61,096 bases of DNA, from assembly GCA_964482735.1 (NCBI GenBank), contig CAYZYV010000003.1:1-61096 (forward strand). Reading direction: 5' to 3'. Below, piece after piece: positions 36,346 through 46,011 of this stretch. Positions within the stretch are counted from its first letter, which is position 1; the number at the start of each line of letters is the position of its first letter. This DNA comes from an uncultured Candidatus Saccharibacteria bacterium (GTDB lineage: Bacteria > Patescibacteriota > Minisyncoccia > Phycocordibacterales > UBA9973). The translations under genes and the position numbers were made by a program. The notes under the pieces are model-generated. The model was not told where the DNA came from, did not search any database, and saw only the letters and a program-made list of their open reading frames with translations.

Positions 36346-36386
36346 AACCAAACAAAAATCCGCCAGTGGCGGATTTTTGTTTGGTT
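36346..36386 (+). terminator. rRNA unit terminator
   Basis: AACCAAACAAAAATCCGCC-AGT-GGCGGATTTTTGTTTGGTT. Confidence 0.88.
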
Positions 36387-36410
36387 ATAAATATGCTACA
36401 ATAATCGTAT

Positions 36411-37187
36411 ATGTCGTGGGCATCAAGAAGACAATTTAAATACTTTTCTATATTATTGCTAGTAGTAGCTCTAATTGTTTTTGCTTTCATATATCCGATG
36501 ATTTTTAAAAAACCAACTTGTAATGACGGAAAACAAAACGGAGAAGAAACAGGTATCGACTGTGGAGGAAAATGTGCAGTTGTTTGTAAAGAGGATACTG
36601 TTACCCCGGTCGTTATTTGGAGTCGTGCTTTTAAAGTGATTGGCAATAACTATAATCTGGTAGCTTATATAGAGAACAGAAATAAAACAGCGGCTGCTTA
36701 CGAAGTGAAATATGAATTTCGAGCATATGATGTAAATAATAAATTTATAGGACGAAAAGAAGGAAAAACTTTTATTCCACCGAACCAGCCATTTGCTGTT
36801 TTGGAAACCAGATTTAATTCAGGAGAATCAGAACTTAAGACAGTATCTTTTGATTTTACTTCAAACATCACTTGGGTTAAGAAATCTCCAGTTTTGACTA
36901 CCTTACCATTACGTATAAGCAACATTTCAATGGATAATAATGAAGATACTCCAACTTTGAAAGCAGTGGTAAACAACGATTCAGTTTATGATTTACCTGA
37001 ATTTGAAGTAGTTGCTATTTTGTATGATATAGATAATAACGCTATAAACGCTTCAAAAACTCACAAAAATGGGCTAAAAAGTAATTCAAGCATGAATGTA
37101 GTCTTTACTTGGCCAGAAGCATTAGAAGGGATCCCCGTTACTCAAGATATTTTAGTCCAAATAAATCCTTTCTCTGTTTCTTTTTAG
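36411..37187 (+). CDS. Membrane-anchored hypothetical protein with a Cys-rich motif and Ig-like domains
   Basis: One TM helix; PTCNDGKQNGEETGIDCGGKC; two beta-rich repeats (V.AILYD, FxLYD-like). Confidence 0.7.
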   Translation: MSWASRRQFKYFSILLLVVALIVFAFIYPMIFKKPTCNDGKQNGEETGIDCGGKCAVVCKEDTVTPVVIWSRAFKVIGNNYNLVAYIENRNKTAAAYEVKYEFRAYDVNNKFIGRKEGKTFIPPNQPFAVLETRFNSGESELKTVSFDFTSNITWVKKSPVLTTLPLRISNISMDNNEDTPTLKAVVNNDSVYDLPEFEVVAILYDIDNNAINASKTHKNGLKSNSSMNVVFTWPEALEGIPVTQDILVQINPFSVSF

Positions 37188-37198
37188 GATTTTAAAAT

Positions 37199-38338
37199 AT
37201 GAAATTACAAACGACTGGAAATAAAATTTTTTCTTCGGGGGTAGATTGGCTCTTGGTTTTATTTATTTTACCGATTTTAGGAGCTGGACTTATTACAATG
37301 AATTCCTTTATGGGCGAAAGCTACTTGTTCAATCATCAATTGATTTGGATAGGAATTTCATTTTCTGTAATGCTCCTATTTTCTTTTTTAGATTTTCGTT
37401 TTTTAAAAAGAACTGATTTGCTAGTTTCTTTATACTTGCTTTTTATTGGACTTCTAGTAATGCTTTTCTTGTTCGGACACACATCAGGGGGTGCTCAAAG
37501 CTGGTTTGATTTTGGGAGTTTTTCTTTTCAGCCCTCAGATATGATGAAGATTGTTTTGATATTGATGCTAGCAAAGTATTTTTCTAGGAGGCATATTGAG
37601 ATAGGGAACATCAAGCATATTTTTATTTCAGGGCTTTATGCCTTTATTCCATTTGTTCTAATTTTTCTTCAACCAGATTTTGGGTCAGCAATAACTATCT
37701 TTTTTATTTGGTTTGGACTAGCTCTCGTATCTGGAATTTCTAAAAAGCATCTCATTTTAATTCTCGGTTTAATACTGGTGTCGTTTGCTTTTCTTTGGGG
37801 ATTTGTTTTTCAACCATACCAGAAAGCTAGAATAATAAACTTTGTTGAACCACTGTCTGACATAAGGGGAACAGGTTATAATGTGTACCAATCTACGATT
37901 GCTGTTGGTTCTGGACAGTTGCTAGGGAAGGGGGTTGGTTTTGGAACTCAGTCTCGCTTAAAATTCCTTCCAGAATATGAAACAGACTTTATTTTTGCGG
38001 CTTTTTCTGAAGAATGGGGGTTTGTAGGTGTTTTGATTTATTTTATATTGTTTGGTCTCATTATCTGGAGAATATTACGTCTCTCTATGCTTGGGACATC
38101 TAATTTTGAAATTTTGTTTGGGTTGGGCTTCGCTGTTTATTTAATGGTTCACTTCATAATAAATGTTGGAATGAATATTGGAATTATGCCTGTGACAGGA
38201 ATACCTCTGCCGTTTATGAGTTATGGGGGGTCACATCTCTTAACTGAATTTACGGGTCTTGGAATTTTGATGGGGATGAGTCGACATAGAAGAATTGCTC
38301 ACAGAGATGATTTAAGAAATGAATTCCTTGGAATTTAA
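37199..38338 (+). CDS. rodA: Rod shape-determining protein RodA (SEDS family)
   Basis: GAQSW, FQPSD.MK, LQPDFGSA, TDFIFAAFSEEWGF and P.TGIPLPFMSYGGS motifs. Confidence 0.92.
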   Translation: MKLQTTGNKIFSSGVDWLLVLFILPILGAGLITMNSFMGESYLFNHQLIWIGISFSVMLLFSFLDFRFLKRTDLLVSLYLLFIGLLVMLFLFGHTSGGAQSWFDFGSFSFQPSDMMKIVLILMLAKYFSRRHIEIGNIKHIFISGLYAFIPFVLIFLQPDFGSAITIFFIWFGLALVSGISKKHLILILGLILVSFAFLWGFVFQPYQKARIINFVEPLSDIRGTGYNVYQSTIAVGSGQLLGKGVGFGTQSRLKFLPEYETDFIFAAFSEEWGFVGVLIYFILFGLIIWRILRLSMLGTSNFEILFGLGFAVYLMVHFIINVGMNIGIMPVTGIPLPFMSYGGSHLLTEFTGLGILMGMSRHRRIAHRDDLRNEFLGI

Positions 38339-38367
38339 TCAATTATTGTTTAAAATAATAAAATGAA

Positions 38368-38485
38368 TCCCGTTAGAAGCCTCGGTCACGGAATTCAGAT
38401 ATAAAATTTTATTAACATTATTAAATTAATTTGCAGATACTGGTTGGTTATAAAGGATAACGACCGAGACCTGCTTCTAGCGGGA
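38368..38485. mobile_element. 118-bp MITE at the start codon of the PAP2 gene
   Basis: TCCCGTTAGAAGC ... GCTTCTAGCGGGA ends, inner CTCGGTC/GACCGAG, TGAA duplicated on both sides. Confidence 0.75.
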
Positions 38486-39042
38486 TGAACGATCAAATAT
38501 TTTTTGCATTATATAATTTAGCTCACCAAAGTTGTTTTACGGATAAGCTCATTATTTTCTTCGCGGAATATTTACCTTATTTGGCTGTTTTTTGGATATT
38601 GATATATGCTTTTTGGGCTGACTTTGGGAAATTTAATTTTAGAAAACCTTTTGCGATTTTTATAAAAAGATTTGGTTTTTTGTTTAATGTTTTTGTTCCA
38701 GCCTTCTCTGGATGGATTGTGACTAATTTGATCAAAGGAGTTATAGGTTTTCCTCGTCCATTTATTGCATTAAGAGAAATCGTTATACCGTTGTTTGTAC
38801 ACGGGGGGATGGATTCTTTCCCATCTGGACATGCGACATTTTTCGGAGCATTAACCCTATCTTCATTTTTAGTAGATAAAAAAATGGGATACTGGGTACT
38901 CCTAGCTTCTATCTTAATTGGAATAGCTAGAGTGATTTCAGGTGTTCATTACCCAATAGATATTCTTTCAGGTTATTTAATTGGACTTTTAGTTGTGCTC
39001 TTATTTTATATATTTAAAAAACCTAAAAAATTAGAAAAATAA
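38485..39042 (+). CDS. PAP2-family phosphatase (undecaprenyl-diphosphatase-like)
   Basis: K......RP, SFPSGHA and ARV..GVHYP.DI motifs. Confidence 0.92.
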   Translation: MNDQIFFALYNLAHQSCFTDKLIIFFAEYLPYLAVFWILIYAFWADFGKFNFRKPFAIFIKRFGFLFNVFVPAFSGWIVTNLIKGVIGFPRPFIALREIVIPLFVHGGMDSFPSGHATFFGALTLSSFLVDKKMGYWVLLASILIGIARVISGVHYPIDILSGYLIGLLVVLLFYIFKKPKKLEK

Positions 39043-39189
39043 CCTATTCCATTAAATAAAAACCTATCAAAATTGTATTTGATAGGTTTTTATTTTGAGC
39101 AATTTGGTATCTTTTTGAAAAACATGGTTTTCAATACAGCCTTGATTTTTAAGCCAAAAAAGACTAAAATTGGGGCATAATGGTTTAAT

Positions 39190-39302
39190 TCGCTAGAAAC
39201 CGCGGTCACGGAGATATCGAATTAGGCTCAAGATATTATTTAAGTTTTTAAAATAAACAAGTTTCGCGTTTTTAAAAAACCGACGGCTTGTTTCTAAAGG
39301 GA
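39190..39302. mobile_element. Degenerate second copy of the 38368 MITE family at the secD start
   Basis: TCGCTAGAAACCGCGGTCACGGA ... GTTTCTAAAGGGA; shares TAGAA.CC.CGGTCACGGA with the first copy. Confidence 0.6.
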
Positions 39303-40687
39303 TGTTAAAAAAACGAATTACAGCCTTGTTGATCTTGCTTCTTGGAGTAGGTCTCGGTTTTTTTGTTTATAAGACAGAGGTTAGCCATAGGAATTTAGCC
39401 CCAGAGGTAAAGGCAACTGGTTTAGCTAAATATAATTTTAAGTTAGGACTTGATCTTTCTGGTGGTACGCACTTAATCTATAAAGCAGATGTTTCTGATT
39501 TGGGACAAGGAAATATTAAAGACTCAATGGATTCTTTGAGAGATGTGATTGAAAGAAGGGTAAATGTCTTTGGTGTTTCAGAACCCGTAATACAAGTTCA
39601 AAATGCTGGATTTACTGGAAGTGGAGAAGAGAGATTGATCGTAGATTTACCTGGAGTGACAGATGTTGGAGAAGCTATAAAAATGATAGGTCAAACTCCT
39701 GTGCTAGATTTTAGAACAGAGAACCCTACATTTGATAGAACTAAAGAAGGAGCTGAGAATGCTACTTATGATGAGATGTTTGTTAAAACAGAACTTACTG
39801 GTAAGTATCTAGATAAAGCTACTCTTGAATTTAATCAAACAACAGGAGAACCTGTAGTTTCTCTCGTGTTCGATGAAGATGGAGCAAAATTGTTCGAAAA
39901 AATAACTGGAGAAAACATCAATAAAACTGTTGCTATCTTTTTGGATGGGGCACCTATTTCTATCCCTGTTGTTAACGAAGCGATTCCTGGAGGTAAAGCT
40001 CAAATTTCTGGTAATTTCACACCTACAGAAGCAAAGCTGTTAGTTGGCAGATTGAATTCTGGAGCATTACCTGTGCCAATTAATCTGATCTCTACACAAA
40101 CAATAGGTCCTTCGTTAGGAGATGAAGCCACTACTGCTGGAATAAATGCTGCAATAATAGGATTGATAGCCATAGCAATCTTTTTGATCTTTTGGTATAG
40201 ATTACCAGGTTTGTTAGCTGTTATTGCTTTATCATTATATATCGTGGTAGTCCTATCTTTGTTCAAGATAATACCTGTGACTTTGACGGCTGCTGGGATC
40301 GCTGGATTTATAATCTCAATAGGAATTGCCGTTGACGCTAACGTTCTTATATTTGAAAGAATGAAAGAAGAGCTTCGCAGTGGTGATGAAGTTTCAGATT
40401 CAATACACCATGGTTTTAAGAGAGCTTGGTTATCTGTGAGAGACTCAAACATTTCAAGTATTATTACTTCTCTTATTTTATTCTGGTTTGGGACTTCGTT
40501 AATCAAAGGATTTGCTTTGACATTCTTGATCGGAGTTGTTGTTTCTATGATATCAGCTATATCAGTGACAAGACTTTTCCTTTACTGTTTAAACTTCAAG
40601 AAGAGAAATGGATTTATCAACTTCCTTTTTGGGTCGGGATTTACTAATGCTAAATCACTAGCTTCTTCTAAAGAAGTTTCTAAATAA
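39302..40687 (+). CDS. secD: Protein translocase subunit SecD
   Basis: KLGLDLSGG, IERRVN.FGVSEP, LNSGALPVP, IGIAVDANVLIFER motifs. Confidence 0.96.
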   Translation: MLKKRITALLILLLGVGLGFFVYKTEVSHRNLAPEVKATGLAKYNFKLGLDLSGGTHLIYKADVSDLGQGNIKDSMDSLRDVIERRVNVFGVSEPVIQVQNAGFTGSGEERLIVDLPGVTDVGEAIKMIGQTPVLDFRTENPTFDRTKEGAENATYDEMFVKTELTGKYLDKATLEFNQTTGEPVVSLVFDEDGAKLFEKITGENINKTVAIFLDGAPISIPVVNEAIPGGKAQISGNFTPTEAKLLVGRLNSGALPVPINLISTQTIGPSLGDEATTAGINAAIIGLIAIAIFLIFWYRLPGLLAVIALSLYIVVVLSLFKIIPVTLTAAGIAGFIISIGIAVDANVLIFERMKEELRSGDEVSDSIHHGFKRAWLSVRDSNISSIITSLILFWFGTSLIKGFALTFLIGVVVSMISAISVTRLFLYCLNFKKRNGFINFLFGSGFTNAKSLASSKEVSK

Positions 40688-40688
40688 T

Positions 40689-41582
40689 ATGTTTATAATA
40701 AAATATAGAAAAATATTCGTAAGTATATCTGCATTGCTTGTAACATTATCAGTGGTTTCCATGATTTTCTTTGGAATAAATTTTGGTATTGATTTTCGAG
40801 GAGGTTCTCTTTTAGAAGTTGAATACACTGGTACAAGGCCTGAAAAAGTTGCAGTAGAGAATTCATTGAAAGAGTTATCTTTGGGCGATATGCTGATACA
40901 GCCTATTGGAGATAATGGATACAGCATAAAGACCCGAGATATTACTGACGGTGAAAAACAAACTATCCTGTCATCTTTGGGGGATGAGGCTACAGAAACT
41001 AGCTTTACCTCTGTTGGACCATCTGTAGGTGCAGAGCTTGTTCGTAAATCTACGATTTCATTTATATTGGTAGCACTTGGAATTATTCTTTGGATAGCTT
41101 TCTCTTTCAGAAAAGTTTCTAAGCCCGTTTCATCTTGGAAATATGGAATACTTGCTATTGTGTCCTTGGTACACGATGTAATTATTGCATCTGGTTTCTT
41201 TGCTCTTGTAAGTCACTTTATGGGTAAAGATGCAGATACGTTGTTCGTGGTAGCAGTTTTGACAGTACTTGGATTGTCTGTATCAGATACAATTGTGGTA
41301 TTTGATCGAATAAGGGAGAATATCCGACATATGCAATCTAAATCATTTGAAGAGATTGTTGGTACAAGCCTAAACCAAGTTTATACTAGATCAATAATTA
41401 CTTCTTTGACTACTATTATTGTTTTACTATCACTTGTTTTTTTCGGTCCTTCAAGCACAAAATTGTTTGCTATGACACTAGTAGCAGGAATGTTCTTCGG
41501 TACATATTCATCAATATTCTTAGCAAGCCCACTTTTGGTTATGGTTAACAACTTGCAAAGTAAAAGTAAGAAGAAAAAATAA
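40689..41582 (+). CDS. secF: Protein translocase subunit SecF
   Basis: GIDFRGGS, VGPSVG.EL, HDV, DTIVVFDRIRE and GTYSSIFLASPL motifs. Confidence 0.96.
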   Translation: MFIIKYRKIFVSISALLVTLSVVSMIFFGINFGIDFRGGSLLEVEYTGTRPEKVAVENSLKELSLGDMLIQPIGDNGYSIKTRDITDGEKQTILSSLGDEATETSFTSVGPSVGAELVRKSTISFILVALGIILWIAFSFRKVSKPVSSWKYGILAIVSLVHDVIIASGFFALVSHFMGKDADTLFVVAVLTVLGLSVSDTIVVFDRIRENIRHMQSKSFEEIVGTSLNQVYTRSIITSLTTIIVLLSLVFFGPSSTKLFAMTLVAGMFFGTYSSIFLASPLLVMVNNLQSKSKKKK

Positions 41583-41722
41583 GATTAAAAACAAAAAACC
41601 ACTTTCATATTCTGAAAGTGGTTTTTTGTTTTCCTAGTAAAAACGACCATTTTTTGGTATAATATATATAAGAGATTTAATCTTACAAGTCGTTTTTAAT
41701 ATATTTAATTTTTAGTTTATTT

Positions 41723-42271
41723 ATGTATATAGCATTAGCAATTTTAGCGGGTTTGATTTTGTTTTTAATTTACAAATATAATAGTTTTATTGTTTTTAAA
41801 ACTAGAGTAGAAGAAGCTTGGGCAGACATCGATGTTCAATTAAAGCGTCGATACGATCTAATTCCTAATTTGGTAAGCACAGTTAAGGGATATGCGACTC
41901 ATGAAAGTGAAGCTTTTGAAAAGGTTAGTGAGGCTAGATCTAAGGCAATGCAGGCTGGTTCAATAGAAGAAAAAGGCCAAGCAGAAAATGCATTAGCTGG
42001 AACTCTAAAGTCCTTGTTCGCTATTTCAGAAAGCTATCCAGAATTAAAAGCGAATACAAATTTCTTACAACTACAAGGAGAACTTTCTGATACTGAAAAT
42101 AAAATTCAAGCCGCACGAAGATTTTATAACGGAAACGTCAAGGAATTTAATACTAGAGTAGAAACTTTTCCTGGAAATCTAATAGCCAAAATGTTTAAAT
42201 TCATCAAAAGAGACTATTTTGAGCTTGAAGCAGACAGTAAAGAAAAAGAGCCTGTTGAAGTTAAATTCTAA
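41723..42271 (+). CDS. lemA: LemA family protein
   Basis: AWADIDVQLKRRYDLIPNLV and ESYPELKANTNFLQLQ motifs. Confidence 0.95.
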   Translation: MYIALAILAGLILFLIYKYNSFIVFKTRVEEAWADIDVQLKRRYDLIPNLVSTVKGYATHESEAFEKVSEARSKAMQAGSIEEKGQAENALAGTLKSLFAISESYPELKANTNFLQLQGELSDTENKIQAARRFYNGNVKEFNTRVETFPGNLIAKMFKFIKRDYFELEADSKEKEPVEVKF

Positions 42272-42277
42272 GCAGAA

Positions 42278-44005
42278 ATGAAAAAAACATTTTTTTCGAT
42301 TATAACTATAATTTTCGGGGTCCTTGCTTTTTATCCTTGCGTTACAAACGCAGAAATTATCAGAAGCTTTTCTTCTGATATTACTGTAATGCCAGATTCT
42401 TCCCTGGTTATTAAAGAAAAAATTGTTTATGATTTTGAAAATGCTTTACGTCATGGTATTTACAGGGATATCCCTCTAAAAAACAAAGAGGGGGAAAACA
42501 TAGAAATAGAAGTTTTGTCTGTCACAGACAAAGATGATAAACCTCAAGTATTTACTACTTCTACCAAAAACCAAGTATTAAACATTAAAATTGGAGATAA
42601 TGGCGTGATAATTTCTGGAGAGAAAGGCTACAATATCACTTACAAAGTTTTCGGAGCTGTAGACTACTATGAAGATTTTGATGAAGTTTACTGGAATGTG
42701 ACAGGAAACGAATGGAATGTTCCTATTGAATTTTCGGAAGTTTCGATTACTTTACCCAAAGATGTTTTTCCAAAAGAAAGAAAATGCTACTTTGGTCCAA
42801 GTGGAAGCAAAATTTCTTGTAAAGTTGTTGATGACAAAACTTACCAAGTAGAAAAAGTATTGGCAGAAGGAGAGGGTATGACCGTCGCAGTTGCTTTAAA
42901 TAAGGGGGCGGTTTCAGAATATCAACATAAAACAGACAATAAATTATTGGCGTTTTTATCAATCTTTTGGCCTGCATTTCTACCAGTAATAGTATTTTGT
43001 TTTATGTTCTATCGCTGGCACAGAAAAGGCCGTGACCCAAAAGGAAAAGGAATAATTAAACCTGAATATTTAGCTCCAGAAGATTTAAGTCCTGTAGAAG
43101 TAGGAGGAATCATACATGAATCTATTAAGCCAAGAAGTATCTCTGCTCAAATTATAGATCTAGCCATCCGTGGTTTTATTAAGATAAAACCAATAGAAAA
43201 TAAGCTTTTAGGTTTTTCATATAAACAAGACTACGAATTAACACTCTTAGTAGAGATAGGATTCTTGGATAATGATTTTGATAAAGAAATAATTAAAACT
43301 ATGTTTGGTGATAATCCAACCGTAGGTGGAGTAACGATGCTTTCCGCTCTAAATAATTTATTTTATAAATCAGTTTCAAAGATCTCTGGATTAGTTATAG
43401 ATTCTTTGTTAAAGAAAAAATATTATTTTAATTTTCCAAAAAATAATTGGTCCATAACAATTATTTTGCTAGGGCTTCTAGTGGTACAGCCTATTGGATT
43501 AATCATAATGTCCAATCAGACTCACGATCCAAGGAGAGACATTATTTTTATAAGCTCATTTATTTTTTCAATTGGTATAGCATTGATATTCCAATTTTTG
43601 ATGCCTTCAAAAACAAAAAAGGGGGTACTAATGAGAGAATATCTGTTGGGGCTTAAGGAATATTTACAGATAGTAGAAAAAGACAGACTGGTCTTTCACA
43701 ATGCCCCAGAAAAGAAACCAGAGGTTTTTGAAGCGCTTTTGCCTTATGCTATAGTTTTTGGGGTAGAGGAGCTATGGGCTAAAGAGTTTAGTGATATCTA
43801 TAAAACAAATCCTGAATGGTTTGAAAACAGTGGAGATGGCTTTAATCCAAATGGTTTTGGGAAAGAATTATCAACTTTTGGTATGGTTTTGATTTCATCT
43901 ATCTCATCTACTCCACATGATTCGAGTTCAAGTAGTGGATCTTCTGGGGTGTCGAGTGGAAGTTCTGGTGGAGGCCATGGAGGAGGCGGTGGTGGAAGTT
44001 GGTAG
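42278..44005 (+). CDS. DUF2207 membrane protein
   Basis: HGIYRDIP, YWNVTGNEW, LPYAIVFGV...W motifs and a C-terminal GGGHGGGGGGSW. Confidence 0.9.
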   Translation: MKKTFFSIITIIFGVLAFYPCVTNAEIIRSFSSDITVMPDSSLVIKEKIVYDFENALRHGIYRDIPLKNKEGENIEIEVLSVTDKDDKPQVFTTSTKNQVLNIKIGDNGVIISGEKGYNITYKVFGAVDYYEDFDEVYWNVTGNEWNVPIEFSEVSITLPKDVFPKERKCYFGPSGSKISCKVVDDKTYQVEKVLAEGEGMTVAVALNKGAVSEYQHKTDNKLLAFLSIFWPAFLPVIVFCFMFYRWHRKGRDPKGKGIIKPEYLAPEDLSPVEVGGIIHESIKPRSISAQIIDLAIRGFIKIKPIENKLLGFSYKQDYELTLLVEIGFLDNDFDKEIIKTMFGDNPTVGGVTMLSALNNLFYKSVSKISGLVIDSLLKKKYYFNFPKNNWSITIILLGLLVVQPIGLIIMSNQTHDPRRDIIFISSFIFSIGIALIFQFLMPSKTKKGVLMREYLLGLKEYLQIVEKDRLVFHNAPEKKPEVFEALLPYAIVFGVEELWAKEFSDIYKTNPEWFENSGDGFNPNGFGKELSTFGMVLISSISSTPHDSSSSSGSSGVSSGSSGGGHGGGGGGSW

Positions 44006-44035
44006 TATAATTAATATCTAATTTTAAGTAAAAAT

Positions 44036-44935
44036 ATGGCAACACTTTATACACATCAGGGACAAAATATAAGAAAAACGTGGTTATTAATGTCGGTCTT
44101 TTTTATAATACTGATTCTTGTTGGATTTATTTTTTCTAGGATTTATGACAATCCAAGTATTTTATATTTTTTTGTAATTTTTAGTGTTGGAATGAATATT
44201 GTGAGCTACTGGTATTCAGATAAGATAGCTCTTTCGGTTGCTAAAGCTCGTCCTGCTACCAGAGAAAAATATTTTGATTTTTATACTATAGTCGAAAATC
44301 TTTCAATAACAGCCGGACTTCCAACTCCAAAAATTTATGTCATAGATGATATGGCTCCAAACGCATTTGCGACAGGAAGGAACAAAAATCATGCAGTTAT
44401 AGCAGTGACTACTGGGTTGCTAGAGACTATGAATAAAAGTGAATTAGAAGGAGTTATTGCTCATGAAATGAGTCACATAGGTAATAAGGATATGCTGTTG
44501 ATGACAGTTGCAGTTGTTTTAGTTGGAGTGATATCGATGCTCTCTGATATGCTCATCAGGATGTCATTTTTTGGAGGTGGACGAGATAACGATAGAGACA
44601 ATAATAACGTTATTATGCTAATTGTAGGCATATTAGCGGCCATTCTAGCACCAATTGCGGCTACTTTGCTCCAATTATCCATATCTAGAAAAAGAGAATT
44701 TTTAGCAGATGCCTCCGCGGCTCTTTTAACAAGATATCCAGAAGGTTTAGCTAGAGCCTTGGAAAAAATATCAGCTTATGGAAGACCAATGAAAGTTCAG
44801 TCCAGTGCCATCTCACACCTTTATATTTCTAGTCCTGCGGGTTCAGGAAAATTTGCCAAAAAAATTAATAATCTATTCTCAACACATCCCCCAGTCGAAG
44901 AGAGGATAAAAAGGTTAAGGAGTAGCTTGGGTTAA
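44036..44935 (+). CDS. htpX: Zn metalloprotease HtpX (M48)
   Basis: PNAFATG, AHEMSH (HExxH), SRKREFLADA and STHPP...RI motifs. Confidence 0.95.
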   Translation: MATLYTHQGQNIRKTWLLMSVFFIILILVGFIFSRIYDNPSILYFFVIFSVGMNIVSYWYSDKIALSVAKARPATREKYFDFYTIVENLSITAGLPTPKIYVIDDMAPNAFATGRNKNHAVIAVTTGLLETMNKSELEGVIAHEMSHIGNKDMLLMTVAVVLVGVISMLSDMLIRMSFFGGGRDNDRDNNNVIMLIVGILAAILAPIAATLLQLSISRKREFLADASAALLTRYPEGLARALEKISAYGRPMKVQSSAISHLYISSPAGSGKFAKKINNLFSTHPPVEERIKRLRSSLG

Positions 44936-45044
44936 AAGACATTTGGCAAAATTGAATATTTTTAGTAATATAACCCCAGATGTTCTTTCAAGATTTCAGC
45001 CTGTGGCTGATTAATAGCACTTTCTGAATTTTCGGAGAGTGTAT

Positions 45045-45131
45045 GGAGGGTTCGCATAGTGGTCGAGTGCGCACGCTTGGAAAGCGTGTAAGGTGTCAAA
45101 ACCTTCGAGGGTTCGAATCCCTCATCCTCCG
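45045..45131 (+). tRNA. tRNA-Ser(GGA)
   Basis: Acceptor GGAGGGT/ATCCTCC, CACGC-TTGGAAA-GCGTG, long variable arm, GTTCGAATCC, G73; CCA not encoded. Confidence 0.95.
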
Positions 45132-45181
45132 CAACAAAATAATGAACCCAGTATGAATATACTGGGTGATTTATTTTTGTA

Positions 45182-45510
45182 GGAGGCGAGGGGTTCGAAC
45201 CGAGCCCCGACGAAGTCCGCGAAGCGGCCGGGGCGAGTGGGGGTCGAGCGAGTGAGATATTTTATGAGTGATAACGAAATAAAATATCCACGAGAGTGAC
45301 CGAATTCCTGCGTTTTCGCAACGACTAAAATCTATACCGCTATAGGTATCGATTTTTGGCGTATGTGTGTGGGTGGGGATTCGAAAGACGCAGGCAGAGA
45401 AAAGTTTAAAAAACTTTTCAAACTGCCGAGTCGGGGTCGAGAGTACTTTATTTTTTATGAGCAAAGCGAAATAAAAAATTTAGTAACTCGTGACCGAATC
45501 CCTCATCCTC
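45182..45510. repeat. Two related ~130-bp structured repeats after tRNA-Ser, ending in a 16-bp copy of the tRNA 3' end
   Basis: Units 45182-45309 and 45371-45510 share GG.TTCGAA, GAGT.GGGGTCGAG, TATGAG...CGAAATA and GTGACCGAAT.CC; CGAATCCCTCATCCTC at 45114 and 45495. Confidence 0.7.
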
Positions 45511-45582
45511 TGGATAGGGGGGTTGCATTTTATTTTAGTATATGATAACATTTAGATTATCTAACTATTAGATAATTTAAGT

Positions 45583-46002
45583 ATGGATAAAAGTAAAGAA
45601 AATAACATAGATTCAATTCTCATGCAATTCAAACAGATGATTACAAAGTCGTTGTTTAATGAGGCTCAAAAGATAAAAATGCCGTTTAACCACTACGAGA
45701 TAATCATGAGTATTGGTAGGAAGGGGTCTATGACTATGAAAGAAATTGCTTCAGTTCTAAATATTACACCCCCGTCTGCTAGTACGCTTGTAGACATCCT
45801 AGAGGATAAGGAGTTGGTGGTCAGGGTTCACTTAAATAAAGACAAGAGGACAACACACGTAATATTGGGAGAAAATTCTAAGAAATTCTTTTCTTATTTT
45901 CACAAGCAAAAGACTTTCTTGTTTAAGGAAACATTAAACAAATTATCAGAAAAAGAAAGAACCAGTTTGATTAATATAATCAAAAAGTGTCTTAACGATT
46001 AA
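45583..46002 (+). CDS. MarR family transcriptional regulator
   Basis: MTMKEIA..LNITPPSAS.LVD.LE...LV.R.....DKR motif. Confidence 0.9.
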   Translation: MDKSKENNIDSILMQFKQMITKSLFNEAQKIKMPFNHYEIIMSIGRKGSMTMKEIASVLNITPPSASTLVDILEDKELVVRVHLNKDKRTTHVILGENSKKFFSYFHKQKTFLFKETLNKLSEKERTSLINIIKKCLND

Positions 46003-46011
46003 TACTAAAAT

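Noticed and set aside
45182-45510. Additional tRNA genes after tRNA-Ser
   Set aside because: Only T-arm/acceptor-like fragments are present; no cloverleaf on either strand.
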